Positions 1-6,762 of a stretch of DNA of 24,000 nucleotides are shown one piece after another. The stretch spans positions 62,124 through 86,123 of the forward strand of contig NZ_LR134201.1 in NCBI RefSeq assembly GCF_900635955.1. The letters run 5' to 3'. Each line of letters starts with the position of its first letter. Positions within the stretch are counted from its first letter, which is position 1. The stretch comes from Cedecea lapagei. Lineage in GTDB: Bacteria > Pseudomonadota > Gammaproteobacteria > Enterobacterales > Enterobacteriaceae. Made by a program: the position numbers and the translations under genes. The notes under the pieces are model-generated. The model was not told the origin of the DNA. It did not search any database and worked only from the letters and a program-made list of their open reading frames with translations.

Positions 1-62
1 TAGTGGTAAAGCATGACCAGGCCATAAAACGGTTTGCGGTGGTGGTTCTCTTCAAAGCCCAT
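1..62 (-). CDS. 5' end of an unidentified CDS running off the left edge, divergent from the MocR-type regulator
   Basis: On the minus strand, ATG (complement of 60-62) is preceded by GAGGAG (complement of 70-75) 7 nt upstream. The frame stays open to the window edge (MGFEENHHRKPFYGLVMLYH...). Only 20 codons are visible, so the product is not identifiable. Confidence 0.35.
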   Translation of the reverse strand, partial: MGFEENHHRKPFYGLVMLYH

Positions 63-146
63 GGCGTCACTCCTCGCGGTTTTTCTGGTGCTATCATCCG
101 GCGAATGAGCAAAAGCAGACAGATTCAAAAATAACTTTTCTTTAAC

Positions 147-237
147 ATACAGAAGGGCTAAAACATGAGCTGAATGGCATTTATTGCGCCATTCTGTATC
201 GATTTTTCTTTCTGTATGGTTTCCGGTGAGGATACAG
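147..237. promoter_or_regulatory. Repeated TTCTGTAT/ATACAGAA motif, candidate MocR-type operator in the divergent promoter region
   Basis: ATACAGAA occurs at 147-154 (the reverse complement of TTCTGTAT). TTCTGTAT occurs at 192-199 and 210-217, an 18-bp start-to-start spacing. ATACAG occurs at 232-237. That is four copies of the CTGTAT core inside the 176-bp intergenic region. MocR/GabR/PdxR regulators are known to bind short direct or inverted repeats of this kind. Confidence 0.35.
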
Positions 238-238
238 C

Positions 239-1648
239 ATGACGCGTTACCAACATCTCGCCACGCTGCTGGCCGAGCGTATTGAGCAGGGGCTTTATCA
301 AAGCGGTGAGCGTCTGCCCTCGGTGCGCAGCCTGAGCAGTGAGCACGGCGTCAGCATCAGCACCGTGCAGCAGGCCTATCACGTACTTGAAGATCGGCAG
401 CTGATCTCTCCCCAGCCGCGCTCTGGTTACTTTGTGGCACCGCGTAAAGCGGTTCCTCCCGTTCCGCGCTTAACTCGCCCGGTACAGCGTCCGGTGGAAG
501 TGACGCAGTGGGATGCGGTACTGGAACTGGTGAACTCCCGGGATGACTGCGAGTTAATCGCCTTTGGCAGCGGGTCGCCGGATCTCACCCAGTCGACCAT
601 AAAACCGCTGTGGCGTGAGATGGCGCGGCTTGCGCAGTATCAGGAACCTGAGCTGCTGGGCTACGACGGCATGTTCGGCGTAAAAGCGCTGCGCGAGCAA
701 ATTGCGCGCCTGATGCTGGACAGCAACTGCGTGGTGAATGCCGACGACATCGTGGTGACCAACGGCTGCCATGAAGCTCTGTCGATTGCGATTCGCGCGG
801 TGTGTGAGCCGGACGACATTGTGGCGGTCGAGTCGCCGTCATTCCACGGCACCATGCAAATGCTGCGCGGGTACGGCATTAAAGTGATTGAAATTCCAAC
901 GGATTCCGTCACCGGCATTAGCCTTGAGGCGCTGGAGCTGGCGTTAGAGCAGTGGCCGATAAAAGCGGTGATTCTGGTATCGAACTGCAACAACCCGCTA
1001 GGGTTCATCATGCCGGATGCGCGCAAGAAAGCGATGATGTGCCTTGCTCAGCGCTTTGATATCGCGATTATCGAAGATGATGTCTACGGCGAACTGGCCT
1101 ATGAGTATCCGCGCCCGATGACGATTAAATCTCTGGACGTGGATGGCCGCGTTCTGCTGTGCAGCTCGTTTTCAAAAACGCTTGCGCCGGGGCTGCGGGT
1201 GGGCTGGATAGTGCCGGGGCGCTACCTCGACCGGGCGCTGCACAGCAAATATATTGGCACCGGCAGCAGCGCCACCTTCACCCAGCAGGCGGTGGCGGCG
1301 TTCATTCGTAACGGACACTATCACCGCCATCTCCGGCGTATGCGGCAGCACTATCAGCGCAACCTGGACGTTTTCACTTGTCGCGTGCGGCAATATTTCC
1401 CCTGCGGTATTTGCGTAAGCCGGCCGCAGGGCGGCTTTCTGATGTGGATTGAACTCCCGGAAGAGGTTGACGCAGTGCGGCTTGGCTATGCCCTGAAAGA
1501 GGCAAAAATACATATTGCGATCGGCTCGCTGTTTTCAGCCTCTGGAAAATACCGCAACTGCCTGCGGCTGAACTATTCTTTGCCGTTCAACGCCGTCACC
1601 GAGGCGGCCCTGAAAAGGCTGGGGGAAATCGTCGAGCGTGAGGTTTGA
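239..1648 (+). CDS. MocR/GabR-subfamily transcriptional regulator (GntR-type wHTH fused to a PLP-dependent aminotransferase-like domain)
   Basis: 469-aa ORF with SD GGTGAGGA upstream. The N-terminus has a GntR-type HTH (LPSVRSLSSEHGVSISTVQQAYHVLE). The C-terminal fold-type-I aminotransferase-like domain carries the SxSK PLP-lysine motif (CSSFSKTLAPGLRVGW, Lys codon 1175-1177). Overall layout resembles E. coli YdcR. Confidence 0.9.
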   Translation: MTRYQHLATLLAERIEQGLYQSGERLPSVRSLSSEHGVSISTVQQAYHVLEDRQLISPQPRSGYFVAPRKAVPPVPRLTRPVQRPVEVTQWDAVLELVNSRDDCELIAFGSGSPDLTQSTIKPLWREMARLAQYQEPELLGYDGMFGVKALREQIARLMLDSNCVVNADDIVVTNGCHEALSIAIRAVCEPDDIVAVESPSFHGTMQMLRGYGIKVIEIPTDSVTGISLEALELALEQWPIKAVILVSNCNNPLGFIMPDARKKAMMCLAQRFDIAIIEDDVYGELAYEYPRPMTIKSLDVDGRVLLCSSFSKTLAPGLRVGWIVPGRYLDRALHSKYIGTGSSATFTQQAVAAFIRNGHYHRHLRRMRQHYQRNLDVFTCRVRQYFPCGICVSRPQGGFLMWIELPEEVDAVRLGYALKEAKIHIAIGSLFSASGKYRNCLRLNYSLPFNAVTEAALKRLGEIVEREV

Positions 1649-1831
1649 AAATACCCGACTAAATCGCTCTTTTTGTCGCCATTGATTGTGGATTTGCCGT
1701 TTTACACTCTGCTGTAATGCCGAAATATGGCCCTGGCAACTCTGACCATAAAAAAATAGCCGCCTGGGGCGGAAAAATGCAGTTTTTTCTGCGTTCGGCA
1801 GCGCGATGCCGGACATCGACAAAGGACGATC

Positions 1832-3472
1832 ATGAGCAGCGCAACATTGCAGATGCGGGAGCACTTTGAGACGTGTCTGGGGATTATTCGGCAGGCTTCT
1901 CTACAGATTCTGCCGCTCCTGAACATTCGTGCCGCCGAAGGCAAAGATCCGCAGTGGTTTTTCCAGCAGCTGGAGCAGGCCCGTATGGCGCTCGGCAGCT
2001 GGGGTGCCGTAGCAAAACGGCTGAATCTTAACGACTCAGAGATTTCACAGTTCACCCTTCTGCTGCGCCATCTACAGCAGCTGGTACCTCAGTATGAGAG
2101 CGGACAGGAAGTCGGCCAAAACCAGCTGCTCGCTGCCCTGCGATTTACCAGCTACCTTGAACACGTGCGTTTCAAGCAGCCGCTGCTGGGCTATTCCACC
2201 GAATTATCCTCTGATGTTGACGGGGTGCAGAAAGGCGCGCAGCAGCAGATGCGCGCGATTGAACTGATGCTGAAAGAGTTGGTGAGTCAGGCCTGGGAAA
2301 GCCAGGCAGATTTGGTCAATCAACTTAAAAACCAGTTTGGCGCGGATAAGGTTCGCCGCTGGCTGAAGCAGGGTGAAAGGGGCGATGTGCTAAGCGGGAT
2401 GAAGTTTAGCGAGCTGGCTCTGATGCTGGTGGATAAAAAAGAGTTTGCCCATCACTACGCAAAAATTTACCAAAATTCCCCGCAGCTGGGTTTTCTTATC
2501 GACCAGCGTAAAACCCTGCAAATCTTCCTCGACGGCGTCAGGCAGATTCGCAATGATCTGATGCACAAACAGCCGCTGACGACCGTTCAGGTGGCTCTGC
2601 TCGATAACTATTTTGGCGAAATCAGCGGCCCGGTGCAAAAAGCCTTTAGTGAGGGGCGTACCAAAGTTAATCCTTCAGCGCTGTTAGACGCCAATGACGC
2701 CGCGCTGCAAAGCTACCTTGAACAGGCTCGTAAAAACCACGCGGCCAAGGGCGGTGACCCTGAAGAGATCAGAGAGTCCATCGAACGTTATGACTCACGC
2801 GCTGATAAGAAGCAGCATGATGCCACTGGCGCTATCTCCACCGCGCTTTGGGCTTCGGTGGGTATTTTCGTCGTGGCGGTTGCGGTTGTGGGCCTCTATT
2901 TGCTTAGTGATATCTCCTCAAAACCTGGCATGGTGGCCACGCCACCGGTGGTGGTGAGCACGCCGGCACAGCAGAAAGAGCGCCCGGAATACAACAGCCC
3001 GCGCGATATGCTGGCCAACATGGGGATAACCTGGGACGAAAATAACCTTCGTACGGCGATTAACCGCAACGACGCTCGTATCGTCCGGCTGTTTATGCAG
3101 GGCGGTATGAACTGGAAGGTGTATTTCACCGAGCAGGCGCTGGCGGCAGATAACCGGGATGTATTGACCATTTTGCTACAGTATCGGCCGCAGATGGATG
3201 AGGCGCGCCCCTGTCGCCGGCTGATTAGCGCCACCGAACTGGAGATGAGGAAAGGGCAAAAGCTGACCTCGTTGAGAAAGCAATATTTAGCCAGCTTCTG
3301 CAGCTCTGCTACCGCAGTACAGCGGCAGAAAGAGGCGCTGCAGCGCGCGGAAATGCGCCTGGCGGCACAAAAGCAGCGCTATGAAGATGCCACGGCGCAG
3401 GGGCTGGTGGCCGAGCCGGTTGACGAGCTGAACGTGAAAATTCAGCAGGCGATATACAACGCGATACGTTAA
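1832..3472 (+). CDS. Hypothetical single-pass membrane protein: cytoplasmic HEPN-like (Swt1-like, Rx4H) domain, TM helix, C-terminal ankyrin-like repeats and coiled-coil tail
   Basis: 546-aa ORF with SD AAGGA 6 nt upstream of the ATG. It contains ...LQIFLDGVRQIRNDLMHKQPLTTVQVALLDNYF... (RNxxxH). There is one strongly hydrophobic segment, AISTALWASVGIFVVAVAVVGLYLL, then a Pro/Val-rich linker. Ankyrin-like stretches follow (NLRTAINRNDARIVRLFMQGGMNW and EQALAADNRDVLTILLQY), then a Q/R/A-rich tail. Only short antisense shadow ORFs overlap it. Confidence 0.8.
   Translation: MSSATLQMREHFETCLGIIRQASLQILPLLNIRAAEGKDPQWFFQQLEQARMALGSWGAVAKRLNLNDSEISQFTLLLRHLQQLVPQYESGQEVGQNQLLAALRFTSYLEHVRFKQPLLGYSTELSSDVDGVQKGAQQQMRAIELMLKELVSQAWESQADLVNQLKNQFGADKVRRWLKQGERGDVLSGMKFSELALMLVDKKEFAHHYAKIYQNSPQLGFLIDQRKTLQIFLDGVRQIRNDLMHKQPLTTVQVALLDNYFGEISGPVQKAFSEGRTKVNPSALLDANDAALQSYLEQARKNHAAKGGDPEEIRESIERYDSRADKKQHDATGAISTALWASVGIFVVAVAVVGLYLLSDISSKPGMVATPPVVVSTPAQQKERPEYNSPRDMLANMGITWDENNLRTAINRNDARIVRLFMQGGMNWKVYFTEQALAADNRDVLTILLQYRPQMDEARPCRRLISATELEMRKGQKLTSLRKQYLASFCSSATAVQRQKEALQRAEMRLAAQKQRYEDATAQGLVAEPVDELNVKIQQAIYNAIR
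2549..2566 (+). other. Codons for the candidate HEPN catalytic motif R240-N-D-L-M-H245 (Rx4H)
   Basis: cgc aat gat ctg atg cac is in frame with the 1832 start. The RNxxxH form is the common variant of the HEPN RNase motif. Confidence 0.55.
2834..2905 (+). other. Predicted transmembrane helix of the 546-aa protein (about residues 335-358)
   Basis: A 24-residue uncharged hydrophobic run is preceded by a K/R-rich stretch (RYDSRADKKQHD). By the positive-inside rule this predicts an N-in, C-out topology. Confidence 0.7.
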
Positions 3473-3478
3473 TCATGC

Positions 3479-3504
3479 GGGGCTGCCTGCGGGCCGGCAG
3501 CCCC
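3479..3504. terminator. GC-rich hairpin between convergent genes (the HEPN-like ORF and the omptin gene)
   Basis: GGGGCTGCC (3479-3487) pairs with GGCAGCCCC (3496-3504) around an 8-nt loop. There is no clear U-tract on either strand, so intrinsic-terminator function is uncertain. Confidence 0.45.
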
Positions 3505-3540
3505 TGATGAACAATAAGAAAACTATTGGGCCATAAACCT

Positions 3541-4473
3541 TTAGAAACGATACTGAACGCCGACGCCGTAGGTATAGCTGTCGTTGCTCAGGCCTGCCGC
3601 GTCGCCGCCTTCAGACCAGGTTTCTCCGGTTTTATTATCACGCGTTTTCGTCGAGGCTTTCGCTTCGGCAAAACGCGTCCACGTTAATTCGGTATAGAGA
3701 CGGGTATTCGGCGTGACGTAATACCCGGCAGAAACGGTAGCAGCGTAATAATTAGAATTATTGCCTTTTTCGCTAAAGCTCAGCTGACGCATATAATGCT
3801 CGTCATTATCTCGCGCATTTACCCACGGGCTGAATTTAAATTGTCCTGCTAAATCAAAATCCTGGTAACGATAGCTCGCGGTTAACCCCAAATACGGGAC
3901 GCTGAATTTCTGGCTGTACCCAATACCCGGTTTTCCGGCAGGAAATTCACCGACCAGCGCACCATTAAAATAGTTATACGAGCCGCCGCGGGCTGTCCAG
4001 CTATAACGAGTTTCCTGGTAACCGGTGACGATGCCAAGGTTATAAGTTGGCTCCTTCAACAGCCAGCCGGTGAAATTAAGATCAAACTGATTGGCGTAAT
4101 TCAGGCTGGTGTCAGGGTGGGTGGACTTGTCGCTCCAGTGGCTCTGCCCTGGCGTTTGCCAGTCATAATCTGTCATGTGCGAGCCGCGTGAGGCAAAGGT
4201 TGTCCAGCCATTAGCGTTGAGGGTGATATACCGCTGGGCATCCCAGCTAATGCCGCCTTTAATAATGGGCGTGTTTTTAATTTTCCATTTCAGTTCACTT
4301 AATTTACTGCCATCGTGTTGATTATAAACGAGCTCTTTAGATTCTCCGTTCAAAACGCCGGTGGAAATATTTGCAGTTACTGCATCGGGTGAAAAATTAA
4401 AACTGGTCGAAGCGAGCAGCGCCGGACTAAATAGCAATGCGGCGGCCGCAGGCAGGTATTTTTGCTTGTGCAT
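3541..4473 (-). CDS. Omptin-family outer-membrane aspartyl protease (OmpT/PgtE/Pla-like)
   Basis: 310-aa ORF alignable by eye with E. coli OmpT along its length. It has a signal peptide (MHKQKYLPAAAALLFSPALLAS). Both catalytic pairs are conserved: TDYDW (D102/D104) and DNDEHY (D224/H226). It ends in a C-terminal beta-barrel signature, ...GVQYRF. G+C is lower than in the backbone. Confidence 0.9.
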   Translation of the reverse strand: MHKQKYLPAAAALLFSPALLASTSFNFSPDAVTANISTGVLNGESKELVYNQHDGSKLSELKWKIKNTPIIKGGISWDAQRYITLNANGWTTFASRGSHMTDYDWQTPGQSHWSDKSTHPDTSLNYANQFDLNFTGWLLKEPTYNLGIVTGYQETRYSWTARGGSYNYFNGALVGEFPAGKPGIGYSQKFSVPYLGLTASYRYQDFDLAGQFKFSPWVNARDNDEHYMRQLSFSEKGNNSNYYAATVSAGYYVTPNTRLYTELTWTRFAEAKASTKTRDNKTGETWSEGGDAAGLSNDSYTYGVGVQYRF

Positions 4474-4950
4474 GATGTATCGTTCTGTTTTCTATAACAT
4501 TGGTTTTGTGTTGCAAAAAATAACCCTGTACGGACAGGTTAAAGGCCGCAAAGGATCATGGTTGCGCGATAAATTATGTTGTTGAAAATTATTATTAGTT
4601 TGTCTTGCCAGGCAAAACGAAGCGTAGTGTATGGACTGTTTTTAGGCAGGGGAAAGATTATTTTCTGCTGATGAATATTTGAACGATGAATTATTTGATT
4701 TTAAAGAGAATTAAATTTGTAGCTTTTTGTTACAGGGATATATCATAACTATTCATATGTATTTATTGAAGAAATTTAACTTAAGGACGATTTGCCGGTA
4801 AAGCCCAGGGGTCTCTGGCATATTCATTCCACTCTCTTTTTAGCTCTTGCGGCTTCACCCTGGCAGGGCACGCGGCGTAATGCCGGAAAAAATTAAAGCT
4901 GCTAATCTTCGGGCCGACACTGTTAGCTGACCCTTTACCTGGAGTGACCT

Positions 4951-5487
4951 ATGGAGCCGCTGCTGACTACGCCGCGCCTGACGCTGCGCAAGTTTACCCG
5001 TGCGGATTTACCCGTTTTTATTGAATACCGTAATCAGCCGGAAGTGGCCCGCTACCAGAGCTGGGACGGCTACAGCCAGGCCGATGCCGAGGCGTTTTAT
5101 GCTCAGCAGGCGCCGCTGGCGTTTAATACCGACGAAAGCTGGTTCCAGATTGCGGTCGTGCGCAGCGAAGACCAGCGTTTGCTGGGGGACGTGGCCGTTC
5201 ACTTTTTTCATGATGGCCAGCAGGCAGAATTAGGCATGACCTTTGACGAACGCCATCAGCGCCAGGGATTCGCTTTCGAATCTTTGCGCGGGGTGATTGA
5301 GCTGCTGTTCACTGCTTACAACAAACACCGCCTGGTGGCGACGGTGGATGCCAGGAATGCGGCGGCGGCGGCCCTGCTGGAAAAACTGGGTTTTCGTCGC
5401 GAAGCACATTTTCGCAAGAATATTTTATTTAAAGGCGAATGGGGTGATGAATATGCCTACGGGCTGTTACGCAGCGAATGGAAATAA
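4951..5487 (+). CDS. GNAT-family N-acetyltransferase (RimJ/RimL-like, Acetyltransf_3 type)
   Basis: 178-aa ORF with SD GGAG 8 nt upstream. The N-terminus is typical of the family (TPRLTLRKFTRADLPVFIEYRNQPEVARY). The acetyl-CoA motif region reads RHQRQGFAFESL. The C-terminus reads LEKLGFRREAHFRKNILFKGEWGDEYAYGLL. Confidence 0.85.
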   Translation: MEPLLTTPRLTLRKFTRADLPVFIEYRNQPEVARYQSWDGYSQADAEAFYAQQAPLAFNTDESWFQIAVVRSEDQRLLGDVAVHFFHDGQQAELGMTFDERHQRQGFAFESLRGVIELLFTAYNKHRLVATVDARNAAAAALLEKLGFRREAHFRKNILFKGEWGDEYAYGLLRSEWK

Positions 5488-5494
5488 AAATAAC

Positions 5495-5524
5495 GGCCTG
5501 CTTCTCAGGCCTTTATTCTTTTTG
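5495..5524 (+). terminator. Rho-independent terminator of the GNAT gene
   Basis: GGCCTG (5495-5500) pairs with CAGGCC (5506-5511) around a 5-nt loop. It is followed by the T-rich run TTTATTCTTTTTG. Confidence 0.75.
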
Positions 5525-5627
5525 TTATTTAACAGCGAGCTATAACAACAGGAACTGAAAAATCTATTTAATATTGTCTGAGCGTTACTTTATGATTTTG
5601 TGCGTTTTAATTTAGTCCTCAGGATGG

Positions 5628-5671
5628 TGTTTAGGTTTTGTTTAACTTTCGATTTTCATTCTTACTATACT
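5628..5671 (+). promoter_or_regulatory. PhoP-box-like direct repeat plus candidate -10 element upstream of the Kdo-hydroxylase-like gene
   Basis: TGTTTA (5628-5633), ggttt, TGTTTA (5639-5644) is an exact match to the (T/G)GTTTA-N5-(T/G)GTTTA PhoP box. Candidate -10 hexamers are CATTCT (5657-5662, 12 nt downstream) and TATACT (5666-5671, 21 nt downstream). The element lies in a 313-bp AT-rich spacer, 157 bp before the ATG. Confidence 0.5.
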
Positions 5672-5800
5672 GGATAAAACCCTTTTTGGTATGCATTCGC
5701 CACCCTATGGCGGGATCATTCTTACGTCTTTCTAAAAATAAAATACTCCGGAAATTAATCTGTTAAATACACCGTCCGGATATTTGGCAAGGACATTGAT

Positions 5801-6694
5801 ATGGCAGATTTAAACCTCTCTCTTGATACTGTGACCCTGACGCATCCTCTTTCTGTATGGGGGGGAGCCGTAGCTGAATCGGTGGTGGGCGACCTGGAGC
5901 AGGGCAAAGTCATTTTCCTGCCGCAGCTGGCTTTTGCGCTCACCGGGCAGGAAAAGGCCCTGCTTAACCCGGCGGTGGTTGACCCGAAACGCAAGAACAT
6001 CAGCTATCAGCCGCTAAAGGATAAGCTGACCGGCGTTGCGATCCCTGAGCAGGAGCCGGAAGTTCGCGCTCTGCTGAAACGCCACTACGAAGCCTGCCAG
6101 AAGCTTATCGCTACTCTGCTGCCGGAATACCAGCAGGTGCTGCATACGCCGACCAACAGCCTGCGCCTGCATCCTGTTAAGCAGTGGACGCAAAACACCT
6201 CCTGGCGTAAAGACGACAGCCGCCTGCACGTGGATGCTTTCCCGTCCCGCCCTAACTACGGCGAGCGCATCCTGCGTATTTTCACCAACATCAATCCGGC
6301 CGGTGAAAGCCGCAGCTGGCGCGTTGGCGAAGCTTTCCCTACGCTGGCCGAGCGCTTCCTTCCGCGCCTGAAAAGCTATTCCCCGGCGAGCAGCTGGCTG
6401 CAGAACGCCGTCGGCATCACCAAAACTCGCCGTAGCCATTACGACCACCTGATGCTGCAGATGCACGATGCGATGAAGGCCGATGCGGACTACCAGAAAC
6501 AGGGGCCGCAGGTGGCCATCGACTTCCCGCCGGGCAGCAGCTGGATCTGTTTCTCCGACCAGACGCCGCATGCCGCCATGGGCGGGCAGTTTATGCTGGA
6601 GCAAACCTTCCTGCTGCCGGTCGAGGAGATGCAAAACCCGCAGACCTCGCCGCTGAAGGTGCTGGAAGGTATATTGCATAAGCCGCTGATCTAA
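5801..6694 (+). CDS. kdoO: Kdo hydroxylase-like Fe(II)/2-oxoglutarate dioxygenase (KdoO family, DUF2843-type)
   Basis: 297-aa ORF with SD AAGGA. The N-terminal signature LEQGKVIFLPQLAFALTGQEKALLNPAVVDPKRKNISY matches what I recall of KdoO-family proteins. An HxD...H facial-triad candidate is present: H143-V-D145 (RLHVDAFPSRP) and H257 (DQTPHAAMGG). The family assignment is from memory, not from a search. Confidence 0.6.
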   Translation: MADLNLSLDTVTLTHPLSVWGGAVAESVVGDLEQGKVIFLPQLAFALTGQEKALLNPAVVDPKRKNISYQPLKDKLTGVAIPEQEPEVRALLKRHYEACQKLIATLLPEYQQVLHTPTNSLRLHPVKQWTQNTSWRKDDSRLHVDAFPSRPNYGERILRIFTNINPAGESRSWRVGEAFPTLAERFLPRLKSYSPASSWLQNAVGITKTRRSHYDHLMLQMHDAMKADADYQKQGPQVAIDFPPGSSWICFSDQTPHAAMGGQFMLEQTFLLPVEEMQNPQTSPLKVLEGILHKPLI

Positions 6695-6710
6695 ATGCAA
6701 TTTGACAGGT

Positions 6711-6749
6711 AATAAAAAAGGCCAGAGTCACCTCTGGCCTTTTGTCTTT
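6711..6749. terminator. Bidirectional rho-independent terminator shared by kdoO-like (+) and gor (-)
   Basis: GGCCAGAG (6720-6727) pairs with CTCTGGCC (6732-6739) around a 4-nt loop. An A-run (AATAAAAAA) lies upstream and a T-run (TTTTGTCTTT) downstream. Confidence 0.85.
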
Positions 6750-6762
6750 ATCCCGAAAGGGA

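Noticed and set aside
1760-1772. The small hairpin CCGCC-tgg-GGCGG after the MocR gene, considered as a terminator
   Set aside because: It has only a 5-bp stem and no adjacent T-run on the plus strand; the nearest T-run starts 10 nt downstream. This is too weak to call, so read-through from the regulator into the HEPN-like ORF remains possible.
2425-2432. Chi sites (GCTGGTGG) at 2425-2432, 3403-3410 and 17294-17301, all on the plus strand
   Set aside because: Chi is over-represented and strand-biased throughout enterobacterial chromosomes. Three co-oriented copies in 24 kb are ordinary and say nothing specific about this locus.
4686-4748. A 20-codon ORF (MNYLILKRIKFVAFCYRDIS) in the AT-rich spacer
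   Set aside because: It has no Shine-Dalgarno sequence. Short ORFs of this size arise easily by chance, and there is no supporting feature.
6014-6700. A 228-aa minus-strand ORF antisense to the kdoO-like gene
   Set aside because: This is a shadow ORF. It has an R/A/G-rich composition, no SD or domain signature, and fully overlaps a better-supported sense ORF.
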